From the NCBI GenBank assembly GCA_947460275.1, contig CANHHZ010000001.1, positions 1 through 34,927 on the forward strand: a stretch of DNA of 34,927 nt. The letters run 5' to 3'. Positions 19,546 through 29,142 of the stretch are shown one piece after another; position 1 is the stretch's first letter, and each line of letters opens with the position of its first letter. A program made the position numbers and the translations under genes. This DNA is from Sphingobacteriaceae bacterium. GTDB taxonomy: Bacteria; Bacteroidota; Bacteroidia; Sphingobacteriales; Sphingobacteriaceae. Under the pieces are notes generated by a model. That model was given only the letters and a program-made list of their open reading frames with translations, was not told the origin of the DNA and did no database searches.

Positions 19546-19888
19546 GACATTATACGGCATACCCAACTGCAACACTGTAAAAAAAGCACAAGATTGGCTA
19601 AAAGCTAAAGGCATTGATTTCGAATTCTTCGATTTTAAAAAGAAAGGCATTACCGAAGAAAAACTGACCCAATGGTTTGAAGTATTTGGATGGGAAAAGG
19701 TGATCAACAAAAACGGATTAACTTTTAAAAAATTAAGCAAAGCAGAACAAGAGGCCATAAACTCACCCCAAACTGTACTGGCTTACCTGATCAACAATAC
19801 AAGTGCCATCAAAAGACCAATTGTTGAAAAAAATGATAAAGCTATACTTTTGGGTTTTAACGAAGTGGCTTTTCAGGCAACGCTGTAA
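19544..19888 (+). CDS. ArsC/Spx/MgsR (YffB-like) thioredoxin-fold protein
   Basis: LYGIPNCNTVKKA, IKRPIVE, LGF. Confidence 0.88.
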   Translation: MTLYGIPNCNTVKKAQDWLKAKGIDFEFFDFKKKGITEEKLTQWFEVFGWEKVINKNGLTFKKLSKAEQEAINSPQTVLAYLINNTSAIKRPIVEKNDKAILLGFNEVAFQATL

Positions 19889-19988
19889 CTTTGGTTGACT
19901 AATTGGAGTCAAATGTAAAAAACAGCAATCAAAACCATGTTAAATTTTGTTAAATGCTTAGCTGAAATTCAAAAGACCATTAAATTTG

Positions 19989-20705
19989 ATGATGTTTAAA
20001 AAAATATACTTTCTGTTTGTTTTGGCTTTGCCTTTGCAATTGTTTGCCCAAAACAACGTCTTAACCGGAAATGTTTTTGACAACGACAATAGGGCTATAG
20101 CTTTAGAAGGTGCAACCATCAGAAATTTGACCAACAAATCACTCTCACTCTCAGCTAAAGATGGCCACTTCGCAATTGCAGCCAACATAGGCGATTACAT
20201 TTCTTTTGGTAGAGTAGGGTATCAAATCGATACCGTTTACATTACCAAGTTATTTCCAAAAAACATATATCTTTTGCCGCAAGTAAACAACCTATCCACT
20301 GTCAATGTAAATTCGATTAAACTTTCTCCTTACCTCAACTTAAAAAACCCCGATGCCACCCCCTCACGGGCGGTAGACTACAGCAAGGATCGTGGTGGAT
20401 TGCGCTTAAATTTAGGCTATGGAAGGTTTAGGAAAGAACAATTTAAAATTCAAGAATTAGAAGAAAACCAAAGATACGAAGAGGAAATTAGCAAAAATTT
20501 TAATGAAGAAGCCATCAAAAAATTATTGAATTTTGAAATCCCTGATGTGAAGGATTTTATTTCCCTTTATCGCCCAACCGTAGGGCAGCTCAAAGCCGAA
20601 AGGCCGTTTAATTACGCTTATTATACGGCAAAAGCTTATCATGCTTGGCTCCGACTTCCACCTGATCAGCGTAAGCTTCCATCTTTACTTAAACTTAAAA
20701 ATTAA
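19989..20705 (+). CDS. Secreted protein with N-terminal carboxypeptidase-regulatory-like domain (conserved Bacteroidetes hypothetical)
   Basis: Signal peptide; LTGNVFD...LEGATIRN...DGHFAI...ISFGRVGY...LSTVNV pattern; exact start uncertain (19986/19989/19992). Confidence 0.7.
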   Translation: MMFKKIYFLFVLALPLQLFAQNNVLTGNVFDNDNRAIALEGATIRNLTNKSLSLSAKDGHFAIAANIGDYISFGRVGYQIDTVYITKLFPKNIYLLPQVNNLSTVNVNSIKLSPYLNLKNPDATPSRAVDYSKDRGGLRLNLGYGRFRKEQFKIQELEENQRYEEEISKNFNEEAIKKLLNFEIPDVKDFISLYRPTVGQLKAERPFNYAYYTAKAYHAWLRLPPDQRKLPSLLKLKN

Positions 20706-20721
20706 CCTAAAATATACAGCT

Positions 20722-22704
20722 ATGATCAAATTCAATAAATCATTTTTCAGTGCAGCTATAGCCTTAATGTGCAGCTTAGCAAGTTTTGCACAAACGGCTC
20801 CCCCAACAACAAACTATGTGCCGGCCGATGCTTTTGGCCCTTTGTTTTATACCCAAAACGGAAACGAGTACCGTTCGGCAAATGGCGCTCCAGGCGTTAA
20901 GTATTGGCAAAATCGTGTAGACTATAACATTACAGCAAATTTAGATGAAACCAAAAATCTTGTAAGTGGTACAGTAACTATTACCTACAAAAATAATAGC
21001 CCCGATAAGCTGCCATACCTTTGGTTGCAGTTAGATCAAAACACGTTTAAAGAAACTTCACGCGGTTATGCCATCACCCCTCCGGTGAGCCGCTATGGTG
21101 CCCAAGGCGAAAAATTTGACGGTGGCTATAAAATTCAAAACATTACAGTTGCACAAAAAGCTGCGCCTGTAAAATTTACTTCGTTAATTGAAGATACACG
21201 CATGCAAATCCGTTTAGACCAGCCCATGGCTGCCAATGGCGATTTAATTACCATCAAAATGGATTATTCGTACATTGTTCCTAAAGAAGGGTCGGACAGA
21301 ACCGGCCATTTAACCACTAAAAATGGAGAAATTTTTGCCATTGCGCAATGGTTCCCTCGGATGTGTGTATACGATGATGTAACGGGATGGAATACCTTGC
21401 CTTATTGGGGTGGTGGAGAGTTTTATTGCGAATACGGCGATATCAATTTTGCGATCACAGCCCCTGCAAATCATATCGTTATGGGCTCGGGCGAATTGTT
21501 AAACCCTCAGGAAGTATTTACTGCCGAGCAGCTAAAAAGATGGAATGCAGCAAAATCAAGTGATGCCACTGTACATATCCGTACCGAAGCCGAAGTAAAC
21601 GATCCAAAATCTCGCCCTGCGGGAAGTACATTGACTTGGAAATTTAAAATTACCAATGCCCGCGATGCAGCTTGGGCCTCGTCAAAAGCATTTGTATTGG
21701 ATGCTGCCCGTATCAATTTGCCAAGTGGCAAAAAATCTTTAGCGGTCTCTGCACATCCCATCGAAAGCAATGGTACAGATGCTTACGGAAGAGGCGTAGA
21801 GTATGTAAAAACAACCATCGAGCATTACTCCAACAAATGGTTCGAATACCCTTACCCAATGGCTGTTAATGTGGCTACCAATATTGGAGGTATGGAATAT
21901 CCAGGTATTGTTTTTTGTGGATGGACAGCTAAAAAAGGTGAAGCCTGGGGCGTAATAGATCATGAATTTGGACATACTTGGTTTCCAATGATTGTAGGCT
22001 CTAACGAACGCAAGTATGGCTGGATGGACGAAGGATTCAATACTTTTATCAATGGTATTTCTCAAAAACAGTTTAACAATGGCGAGTATAAACCTAAACG
22101 CCCAACTAACATGAACAGTATCGGAAAATCAGTTATTGGCAATCCACGTTTTGAAAACATTATGCTTATGCCCGATGGTATGGCCGAAGCAAATATTGGT
22201 ATAAACCTTTACAGTAAACCAGGATGGGGATTGGATATTTTGAGAGACCAAGTATTAGGTGCTGATCGTTTTGATTTCGCATTTAAGCAATACATAAAAA
22301 ATTGGGCATTTAAACATCCTACACCTACAGATTTTTTCAGGTCGATGGAAAATGGAGCAGGCGAAGACTTAAGTTGGTTTTGGAGAAGCTGGTTTTTAAA
22401 TAGCTGGAAAATGGATCAGGCCATAGCCGATGTAAAATCTTATAAAAAAGACGGAGCAATAGCTGGGTACTTGATCAAAATTAACAATCTCGAAAAAATG
22501 CCTATGCCAATTATCTTACAAGTGAAAACCAAAAGTGGTAAAACCGAAGTGATTAAAATTCCTGTAGATGTATGGATGAAAAACACAAGCTTTACGGTGC
22601 GTTTTGCGACCAATGAAGAAGTGGTAGAAGTTGTCTTAGATCCAGAGAAAGTATTGCCAGACTCAAATGCCGACAATAACAAATGGCTTGCCGAAGAGAA
22701 ATAA
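20722..22704 (+). CDS. M1-family zinc aminopeptidase, secreted
   Basis: GGMEYP, HEFGH-x18-E (WMDEG), YWQNRVDY; signal peptide from ATG 20722. Confidence 0.92.
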   Translation: MIKFNKSFFSAAIALMCSLASFAQTAPPTTNYVPADAFGPLFYTQNGNEYRSANGAPGVKYWQNRVDYNITANLDETKNLVSGTVTITYKNNSPDKLPYLWLQLDQNTFKETSRGYAITPPVSRYGAQGEKFDGGYKIQNITVAQKAAPVKFTSLIEDTRMQIRLDQPMAANGDLITIKMDYSYIVPKEGSDRTGHLTTKNGEIFAIAQWFPRMCVYDDVTGWNTLPYWGGGEFYCEYGDINFAITAPANHIVMGSGELLNPQEVFTAEQLKRWNAAKSSDATVHIRTEAEVNDPKSRPAGSTLTWKFKITNARDAAWASSKAFVLDAARINLPSGKKSLAVSAHPIESNGTDAYGRGVEYVKTTIEHYSNKWFEYPYPMAVNVATNIGGMEYPGIVFCGWTAKKGEAWGVIDHEFGHTWFPMIVGSNERKYGWMDEGFNTFINGISQKQFNNGEYKPKRPTNMNSIGKSVIGNPRFENIMLMPDGMAEANIGINLYSKPGWGLDILRDQVLGADRFDFAFKQYIKNWAFKHPTPTDFFRSMENGAGEDLSWFWRSWFLNSWKMDQAIADVKSYKKDGAIAGYLIKINNLEKMPMPIILQVKTKSGKTEVIKIPVDVWMKNTSFTVRFATNEEVVEVVLDPEKVLPDSNADNNKWLAEEK

Positions 22705-22733
22705 CTTAAATTAATCTTTTTTTATAAAAATTG

Positions 22734-22767
22734 AACCCTAAAGCATAAGCTTTGGGGTTTATTTTTT
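22734..22767 (+). terminator. Intrinsic terminator after M1 peptidase
   Basis: AACCCTAAAGC-ataa-GCTTTGGGGTT followed by TATTTTTT. Confidence 0.8.
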
Positions 22768-22797
22768 AACTTATAGTCAACTTAAGTCAAGGTAGGC

Positions 22798-23188
22798 TTT
22801 CCTAAACTATTTTTAACGCCTATTTATTGTCATAAATATGTCAATTACGGTGGTTTTAGAAAAAACAGAGTTCACAAACATAAAATTGGACTCATTTCTT
22901 TAACATAAATGCGCTATTTAGGGCATTACTTTTATAATTTCAAGCAATTTTTTGAGGAAAATTAATTCGGCTGTTCTTAAACATCAAAGTAGATGCTGAG
23001 GTGTTTTTTCTCATTACGCCTCAGTTTGAGGAATTAATTTTCGTCTAAAGAAAAAATTAATGCACTATCTCTATGGAGATGCATTTTTTTAATGCGGAAC
23101 AATTTTTGAATGAATGCTTTGATCGCATAGGCCATTTAAGTTATCATTAAATGTTGTCACGCTTAATAAATAGAGGTTAAATAGGAAA
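22798..23188 (+). ncRNA. Candidate structured RNA / long 5' leader upstream of the fibre locus (unassigned)
   Basis: Nested inverted repeats: 22812-22828/23165-23181, 22957-22968/23031-23042 (12 bp perfect), 22996-23004/23016-23024, 22868-22874/22887-22893; G-U wobbles fit the + strand. Confidence 0.35.
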
Positions 23189-23379
23189 AAATAACCGCTT
23201 TAATACCTCAATTTTTAGAGTAAATTTCCCCATTTTGGGTATTTATTCCCCCTGTTTAAAGGGGTAATTAATTTATAATTAGATGCAAATGGCATTAAAT
23301 ACGCATTTTTTTATTGCGGCATATTTATTGTCTAAGGGTCTGCGATACTACATCAAAATTTAATACAATTTATAAGTTC

Positions 23380-25299
23380 ATGAAACAATCATTTAAAAAA
23401 CGTTCCTTTCTCTTATTCGTTTTAGCTCTAATTTCTCATTTGGCAATTGCGCAAGTTAAGATAGGAACAAACCCTACCACAATTAACCCTGCCTCAATTT
23501 TAGAAATTGAGAGTGCCAACAAAGGTTTTTTAATGCCGCGTATTGCATTAACCGGAGCCAACGTCGCCAGTCCACTAAGTGCGCATGTGGCTGGTATGAT
23601 CATTTACAATACCGCCACAACAGGCACCGCACCAAATGGTGTTGTGCCTGGCGTATATTACAACGATGGCACACGATGGGTAGCTGCAAAAGGTATTTCG
23701 AGCAACGGAGTTACCAATACGATCAATAATGGTGATGGAACATTTACATTTAACTTTAGCGATGGTACTTCCTTCACTTCGCCTAAAATTGTAAGTGCTG
23801 ATGCGGGCAACTTGATTGTAAATGGAGCTGATGGCGGGGCTAAACTTACTTCGGCCAATCTTTCAAGTGCAACTACAAATATTCTAAGCTCTTCTGGCGC
23901 TATCATTACAAGCAATGTAAACGGGGTAACAAGCAGTGCCGATTTGACTTCAATCGTAGCAGCTTCCTCTAACAATCTACTTACGCTTTCTGGAGTAACC
24001 CTAACCTCAACGGTAAATGGTATTGCCAAATCGGTAGACTTGTCTTCTGTCCTTGCAGTTTCGGATGCAACTACAACTGCTAAAGGCGTAGTTAGATTGG
24101 CAGGAGATTTAGGGGGAACAGGCTCTACAGCAGCAGCCCCGCTTATCTCTAATAATGCCATTACACATTCAAAATTGGCTTTATCCTCGGTAAAAAATAA
24201 CAATATAGCAGAAGCAATTGCTGTAACCAAAGGAGGCTCAGGTGCCGACATGAGTAGTAGCTTGGGTTATCTAAAACAAGCGACAGCAGGTGCAAATTTT
24301 ACTACACTGGCTAAAATACCTGTTGCAGATGTAGATGGTGCTGTACGAAAAGTAAATGGGGTTGTACCAGATGCAAATGGAAATGTTGCCGTAATTATAG
24401 GTAGGGTTTTTACTGGCGCTACTGTTGACCCTAATCTTGCTGCGTCCATCATTGCTGCTAATCCGTCCAAGCAACAATCAGATATTTATATCATTGCAGA
24501 TGGCAGCAATCCTAACAATGGCCGTACTTTTATTTATGACGGTACAACTTGGTTGGAAGTAGCGACTGATTTATCTGCTACAGATGCCCGTTATGTAAAC
24601 GTTGCTGGCGACACCATGGAAGGTGATTTAACCGTGCCAACCGGGATGAAAATTACACTTGCCGATGCACCTACAACAGCTACAGGTGCCACCAACAAAG
24701 CTTATGTAGATGCTAAAATTGCAGCTGCGGTAACAAACACAGCCAATACACTTACCGCAACCAACGGTCAATTGGTGTCTACGGTTAATGGTGTGGCATC
24801 TACACCTGCTGTAAACGTATTGACGAGTGCAGATAACGGATTAACTGCTGCCAATGGTAATCTAAAATTAGGTGGAAGCTTAAACGCAGCCACCACCATC
24901 ACTACTGATGCGACTAAAACGCTAGCTATTGCAGGTTTGCAAAGTGGCGCAAGCACAGATAAAATGGTTGTTGTAGATGGTGCTGGAATATTAAAATCAG
25001 TTACAGCAACTACCCGAAATATCAACACAATTGTGAAAAAAACTGCCGATTATACCATAGTAGATACTGATTATACCATATTAGCCAATGCTACAAGTAA
25101 TGCTTTTACACTCACTTTACCAGATGCAACTACCAATACTGGTCGTGTATTAATTATTCGCAAAACAGACGAATCGGCTAATGCTTTAACGTTTAGCTCG
25201 GCCATTAAAATTTCAGAAGCGACAAGCTTTACAACCTTAAATATCAATACTACCATCCGCATACAAAGCGATGGTACAGACTGGTATAAAATTGATTAA
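23380..25299 (+). CDS. Secreted tail-fibre-like protein 1 (putative trimeric fibre/adhesin)
   Basis: Sec signal (IA/Q); N-domain KIGTNP..SILEIESANKGFLMPRIAL..PGVYYNDGTRW; phage-fibre motifs DATTTAKGVVRL, VRKVNGVVPDANGNV, DARYVNVAGDTMEGDL, ATNKAYVD; no T9SS CTD. Confidence 0.7.
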   Translation: MKQSFKKRSFLLFVLALISHLAIAQVKIGTNPTTINPASILEIESANKGFLMPRIALTGANVASPLSAHVAGMIIYNTATTGTAPNGVVPGVYYNDGTRWVAAKGISSNGVTNTINNGDGTFTFNFSDGTSFTSPKIVSADAGNLIVNGADGGAKLTSANLSSATTNILSSSGAIITSNVNGVTSSADLTSIVAASSNNLLTLSGVTLTSTVNGIAKSVDLSSVLAVSDATTTAKGVVRLAGDLGGTGSTAAAPLISNNAITHSKLALSSVKNNNIAEAIAVTKGGSGADMSSSLGYLKQATAGANFTTLAKIPVADVDGAVRKVNGVVPDANGNVAVIIGRVFTGATVDPNLAASIIAANPSKQQSDIYIIADGSNPNNGRTFIYDGTTWLEVATDLSATDARYVNVAGDTMEGDLTVPTGMKITLADAPTTATGATNKAYVDAKIAAAVTNTANTLTATNGQLVSTVNGVASTPAVNVLTSADNGLTAANGNLKLGGSLNAATTITTDATKTLAIAGLQSGASTDKMVVVDGAGILKSVTATTRNINTIVKKTADYTIVDTDYTILANATSNAFTLTLPDATTNTGRVLIIRKTDESANALTFSSAIKISEATSFTTLNINTTIRIQSDGTDWYKID

Positions 25300-25350
25300 T
25301 AAGAAAGTATCCACCCCAAAAAATTAGATCCCGCTCAATAGTTTAAAAAA

Positions 25351-28185
25351 ATGAAAAATAAAATTCAATATATCATCAGTGCCTTAGCTTTAACCTTTAT
25401 ATTTGGTTACACTGCAAATGCACAAGTTACTGCCCAAAAAATTGGTGCAAATCCTACTAATATTTCTGCAAGTGCAGTGTTAGACATAGAAAGCACAAAC
25501 AAGGGGGTATTGTTCCCACGCATTGCCTTATCAGCAAATACCGACGCAACGACCATCGCCTCGCCAGCTACAGGCTTAACAGTTTATAATACTGCTACAG
25601 CGGGCACTTCTCCAAACAACGTAACCCCAGGTTACTATTATTGGAACGGCACCAAATGGACAAAAGTAGCTACCGAAGCCGAAGCAAGCAAATGGTCTTA
25701 TGAGGCCATAAACGCACGTGTTAAACTAAATAAACTTTCTAATGGTACAACCGATAGAGCAGGAGCTACAAGTTTTTCCATAACAGATGATAATGTTTTG
25801 CAAATTGGTGATATGACTAACCTGGCTAGCGCAGCATTGCCTGAAAGAGGCATTATTGTACGTAAAACTGGTAATGCTTCTATTACAAGTATTAGTGACG
25901 GGGGTATTTATAGCGTTTTCGAGAATCAAATTTATGGAGGTAATGTAAGTGGGGCTGCTACTTATAACGTTTTCGCAAAATCTCGTGGAAGTTTGGCAAG
26001 TCCAGCAGCAGTTCAAAATGGCGATTTGATTGGTGTTTTTGATTTTAGAGGATACTCCGGAACTGGGTTTGGAAATAGCGCACGAATAATGACAAGAGTT
26101 GAGGGTGCTGTTACGAGTACTTCTGTTCCTGTTTCATTTGAGTTTCACACAGTAGGTCCAGGTGAAACCTTGCCTTCTCAACGACTAAAAATTTCTAGCA
26201 ATGGTAATGTGGGTATTGGAGCGACTTCACCCGCTAATAAATTAGAAATTACCCAAGGTACAGCTGGTAATTCAGGCTTACGATTTACTAACTTGAATTC
26301 AACAAGCACTGCAACTACATCGGCTAGTAAAGTGCTAGGTTTGAACAGCACTGGAGATGTTATTTTAACTAACGTACCAGGAACACAAAATATTGTTTCT
26401 TTTTCAACCGCTACCCCAACTACTTCAGGAGTGATATTTACACCCAATACACCTAATGATCAGAGTGTAGTATATCAATCAGCTATTGATAATAGTTTAT
26501 GGACCTATAATGGAACAACTTATGTAACGTATACAGCGCCTGCTAGTACAGCATGGAATTTAGCCAATACCACCAATGATGCTGGAAGCAATAAAACAGC
26601 GAGTATTTGGAGAAGTGGAAGTGTAGGTATAGGTACTAATTCACCAACATCCTTATTCGCCAATACCAATACTCAAATTATTGGTTCAAATGCTCAAAGT
26701 TCAAGCAGTGCCACAGGTTTTTCGTGGACAAACACCAATGCGGGTTGGGCGGGTGCATTCTATTCTACTGGCGCATTTAACGGATTAAATGTAAAAGCTA
26801 CGGGAACCACGGCTTCTACTACAGTATTCGAAGCTGGTACAGGTATAACTTCTCAAAACGACAATGCTGGTGCAGGTGGTTCTACACCTATATTAAAAGT
26901 ACAAGGAAATAGTGTTGTGGGTATCAATAATACGGCACCAATAGCAACCTTAGATATCACAAATCCATTAAAAGCAACCACTAGTGCAAATGCAAATGCT
27001 CAGGTACTGAGATTATCCCGACCAACAACTTCAAGTTTAAAATGGGATAATATTGCTCAGTTTAATTTAGGGTCCTATTCTACCGCTATCGCTGCCAATT
27101 CTAGATTGGATTTGGCTTTAACAGATGGAGGAAACGCCACCACGCTTACCAATGTAATGACTTGGCAAGCCAATGGTAATGTGGGGATTAATAATACAGC
27201 CCCTAGTGCTCCTTTAGTAGTTCAAGGTGTAACAGGGACAGGGGCATTAAAACTAATTGCTCCTTCAGTTGGTGCTGGTGACAATTGGTGGATGGGATTT
27301 GGGCATGGAACTACTTCTACAGATGCCAATGATAGAGCTAGAATTGGTGTTGACATTGCAGCAGGAGGCCCTGGGCGTTTGTTTTTTACTACTGGCGCAG
27401 CTGGTGCACAAACTAGAGCGATGTTTATCGATGAAAGTCAGCGTGTGGGTATTGGCACATCATCACCTACAAGTAAATTAGAGGTAAGTACAGGTGTAAC
27501 TACTGCTAATAGTATAGTAAATGCTACGGGTAGTATTAACGATTTCTTACAATATAATGTTCAAAATACAAGTACAGGTACACAGGCTCAAAGTGGCTAT
27601 TCTGCCACAGCAAACAATGGAACTGCTACAACGGGTTTTGCTTGGTTGGGAATTAATAACTCCAACTTTAACTTCCCAACATCCTATAACATAGGAGGTG
27701 CTAATGATGTGTCATTTATAGGTAGTGGGCAAGATTTGTATGTAGCTAATGCAAACAATACCAAAAGCATTATTTTTAGTACGGGTAAAGCAACTACGCC
27801 ATTTTTTGGCGAACAAATGCGTATTTTGAATAATGGTAATGTGGGTATAGGAACGTCTTCACCAACATCAAGATTAGAAGTAGATGGTGCGGCAACCAAC
27901 AAAACCGCATTTAATGCAGCCGGGGGCACCACCATAGATTTTTCGAAAAGTAATTTGGCTTATACCACAGCAAATCCAGGTGCATTTACCTTGTCTAACT
28001 TAAAAGATGGCGGTACGTATACTTTAGCGGTACAAGGTACCACAGCAGCTACTGCAAGTTTTACTGCAACTGGCTTTACTTTTAAAAGCCCCAATAATGG
28101 CTTAACAGCTGCGGGTAAAGAGACCATTTATACCTTTATGGTCATGGGTACTTCTGTTTATTTTTACATGACCACAGGAATTTAA
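25351..28185 (+). CDS. Secreted tail-fibre-like protein 2 with six GNVGIG-type repeats
   Basis: Sec signal (NA/Q); same N-domain as protein 1; repeats at about aa 284, 422, 520, 608, 696, 828; KSRGSLASPAAVQNGDLIG module; C-terminal TIDFSKSN...LSNLKDGGTYTL domain; no T9SS CTD, no S74 chaperone. Confidence 0.72.
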   Translation: MKNKIQYIISALALTFIFGYTANAQVTAQKIGANPTNISASAVLDIESTNKGVLFPRIALSANTDATTIASPATGLTVYNTATAGTSPNNVTPGYYYWNGTKWTKVATEAEASKWSYEAINARVKLNKLSNGTTDRAGATSFSITDDNVLQIGDMTNLASAALPERGIIVRKTGNASITSISDGGIYSVFENQIYGGNVSGAATYNVFAKSRGSLASPAAVQNGDLIGVFDFRGYSGTGFGNSARIMTRVEGAVTSTSVPVSFEFHTVGPGETLPSQRLKISSNGNVGIGATSPANKLEITQGTAGNSGLRFTNLNSTSTATTSASKVLGLNSTGDVILTNVPGTQNIVSFSTATPTTSGVIFTPNTPNDQSVVYQSAIDNSLWTYNGTTYVTYTAPASTAWNLANTTNDAGSNKTASIWRSGSVGIGTNSPTSLFANTNTQIIGSNAQSSSSATGFSWTNTNAGWAGAFYSTGAFNGLNVKATGTTASTTVFEAGTGITSQNDNAGAGGSTPILKVQGNSVVGINNTAPIATLDITNPLKATTSANANAQVLRLSRPTTSSLKWDNIAQFNLGSYSTAIAANSRLDLALTDGGNATTLTNVMTWQANGNVGINNTAPSAPLVVQGVTGTGALKLIAPSVGAGDNWWMGFGHGTTSTDANDRARIGVDIAAGGPGRLFFTTGAAGAQTRAMFIDESQRVGIGTSSPTSKLEVSTGVTTANSIVNATGSINDFLQYNVQNTSTGTQAQSGYSATANNGTATTGFAWLGINNSNFNFPTSYNIGGANDVSFIGSGQDLYVANANNTKSIIFSTGKATTPFFGEQMRILNNGNVGIGTSSPTSRLEVDGAATNKTAFNAAGGTTIDFSKSNLAYTTANPGAFTLSNLKDGGTYTLAVQGTTAATASFTATGFTFKSPNNGLTAAGKETIYTFMVMGTSVYFYMTTGI

Positions 28186-28196
28186 TTTTACATCTA

Positions 28197-29075
28197 ATGA
28201 TCACAAAATTAAAATTGTTTCTAATTGTTGCTTTTTTCGCAATCGGTAACAGCATCAGCTATAGCCAAGTGGTAGGAACACCTTATATTTTACCCACAAA
28301 TAACCTAACAGTAGTTAATTTTATTTATACCGGGGCAGACCAACAATGGACAGTTCCAGCCGGTGTTACCGAAATATTTGTTGACATGGTGGGTGCACAA
28401 GGAGGTACACGTGGCGCTGTTCTTGGTGGTGCAGGTGGCAGAGTGAGGTGTAAAATTGCAGTCACGCCAGGTCAGATTTTGTATTTAACCGTTGGCGGGC
28501 AACCTACAACTGATGCTTCTGTATATGGTTTTGGTGGCAAAGGAGGGTATCATATTTCGTATCCGGCACAAAGAGCTATGGCAGGTGGTGGCTTAAGCGC
28601 CATTTCTACAGCTTTTCCGCTAACTCAGGCAAATGCTTTGGCTATTGCCGCAGGGGGTGGTGGCGCATCAGGTAATCCAAGTTTTAGTAGCGCAAGTGGT
28701 GGTGGCCTTACAGGTGGTAGCATATCTGGTGCTTACGGAGGTTCCTTGATAGGTGGAAAAGGTGCTACACAGTCTGCTGGTGGTGCAGCAGGAGTACCTT
28801 ACGACTCAAATTCAACAGTACCCACCCCTGGTATTGCACTTAGCGGCGGTAATGGAGGTATGATTAATCCAGGTGCTAGCTTAATGGGTTGGAATGGCGG
28901 CGGTGGTGGTGGCGCAGGATATTTTGGCGGCGGCGGCGGTGCTGGTGGTGGTAATGCGCAAGCTGGTGGCGGTGGCGGCTCTTCCTGGATCGATCCAGCT
29001 TATGTAACGGTGGGTTCTATAAATATGGGCAACCAAAACAACAATGGCCATGGTGTAATCAATATCTATTACTAG
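28197..29075 (+). CDS. Secreted glycine-rich (polyglycine-II bundle type) protein, putative tip adhesin
   Basis: Signal peptide (YS/Q); QVVGTPYI N-terminus; YTGADQQWTVPAGVTEIFVDMVGAQGG; GGGGGGAGYFGGGGGAGGG..AGGGGGSSW; NGHGVINI. Confidence 0.75.
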   Translation: MITKLKLFLIVAFFAIGNSISYSQVVGTPYILPTNNLTVVNFIYTGADQQWTVPAGVTEIFVDMVGAQGGTRGAVLGGAGGRVRCKIAVTPGQILYLTVGGQPTTDASVYGFGGKGGYHISYPAQRAMAGGGLSAISTAFPLTQANALAIAAGGGGASGNPSFSSASGGGLTGGSISGAYGGSLIGGKGATQSAGGAAGVPYDSNSTVPTPGIALSGGNGGMINPGASLMGWNGGGGGGAGYFGGGGGAGGGNAQAGGGGGSSWIDPAYVTVGSINMGNQNNNGHGVINIYY

Positions 29076-29142
29076 GAACACTTGCTAATTCTTGAAATTC
29101 AAAGCGTAGTGCTATATTAATTACACTATACGAAATATAAAT

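Noticed and set aside
22798-23188. Invertible promoter (inverton) for phase variation
   Set aside because: Outer repeats are imperfect and bulged, no recombinase in the window, and no clear internal consensus promoter; not excluded without read data
28896-28980. GGC/GGT trinucleotide run as a contingency locus
   Set aside because: Mixed codons encoding structural polyglycine; slippage would stay in frame
23380-29075. Prophage or tailocin remnant
   Set aside because: All three genes carry intact Sec signal peptides and are in an operon with T9SS genes; no capsid, tube, sheath, baseplate, lysis or integrase genes
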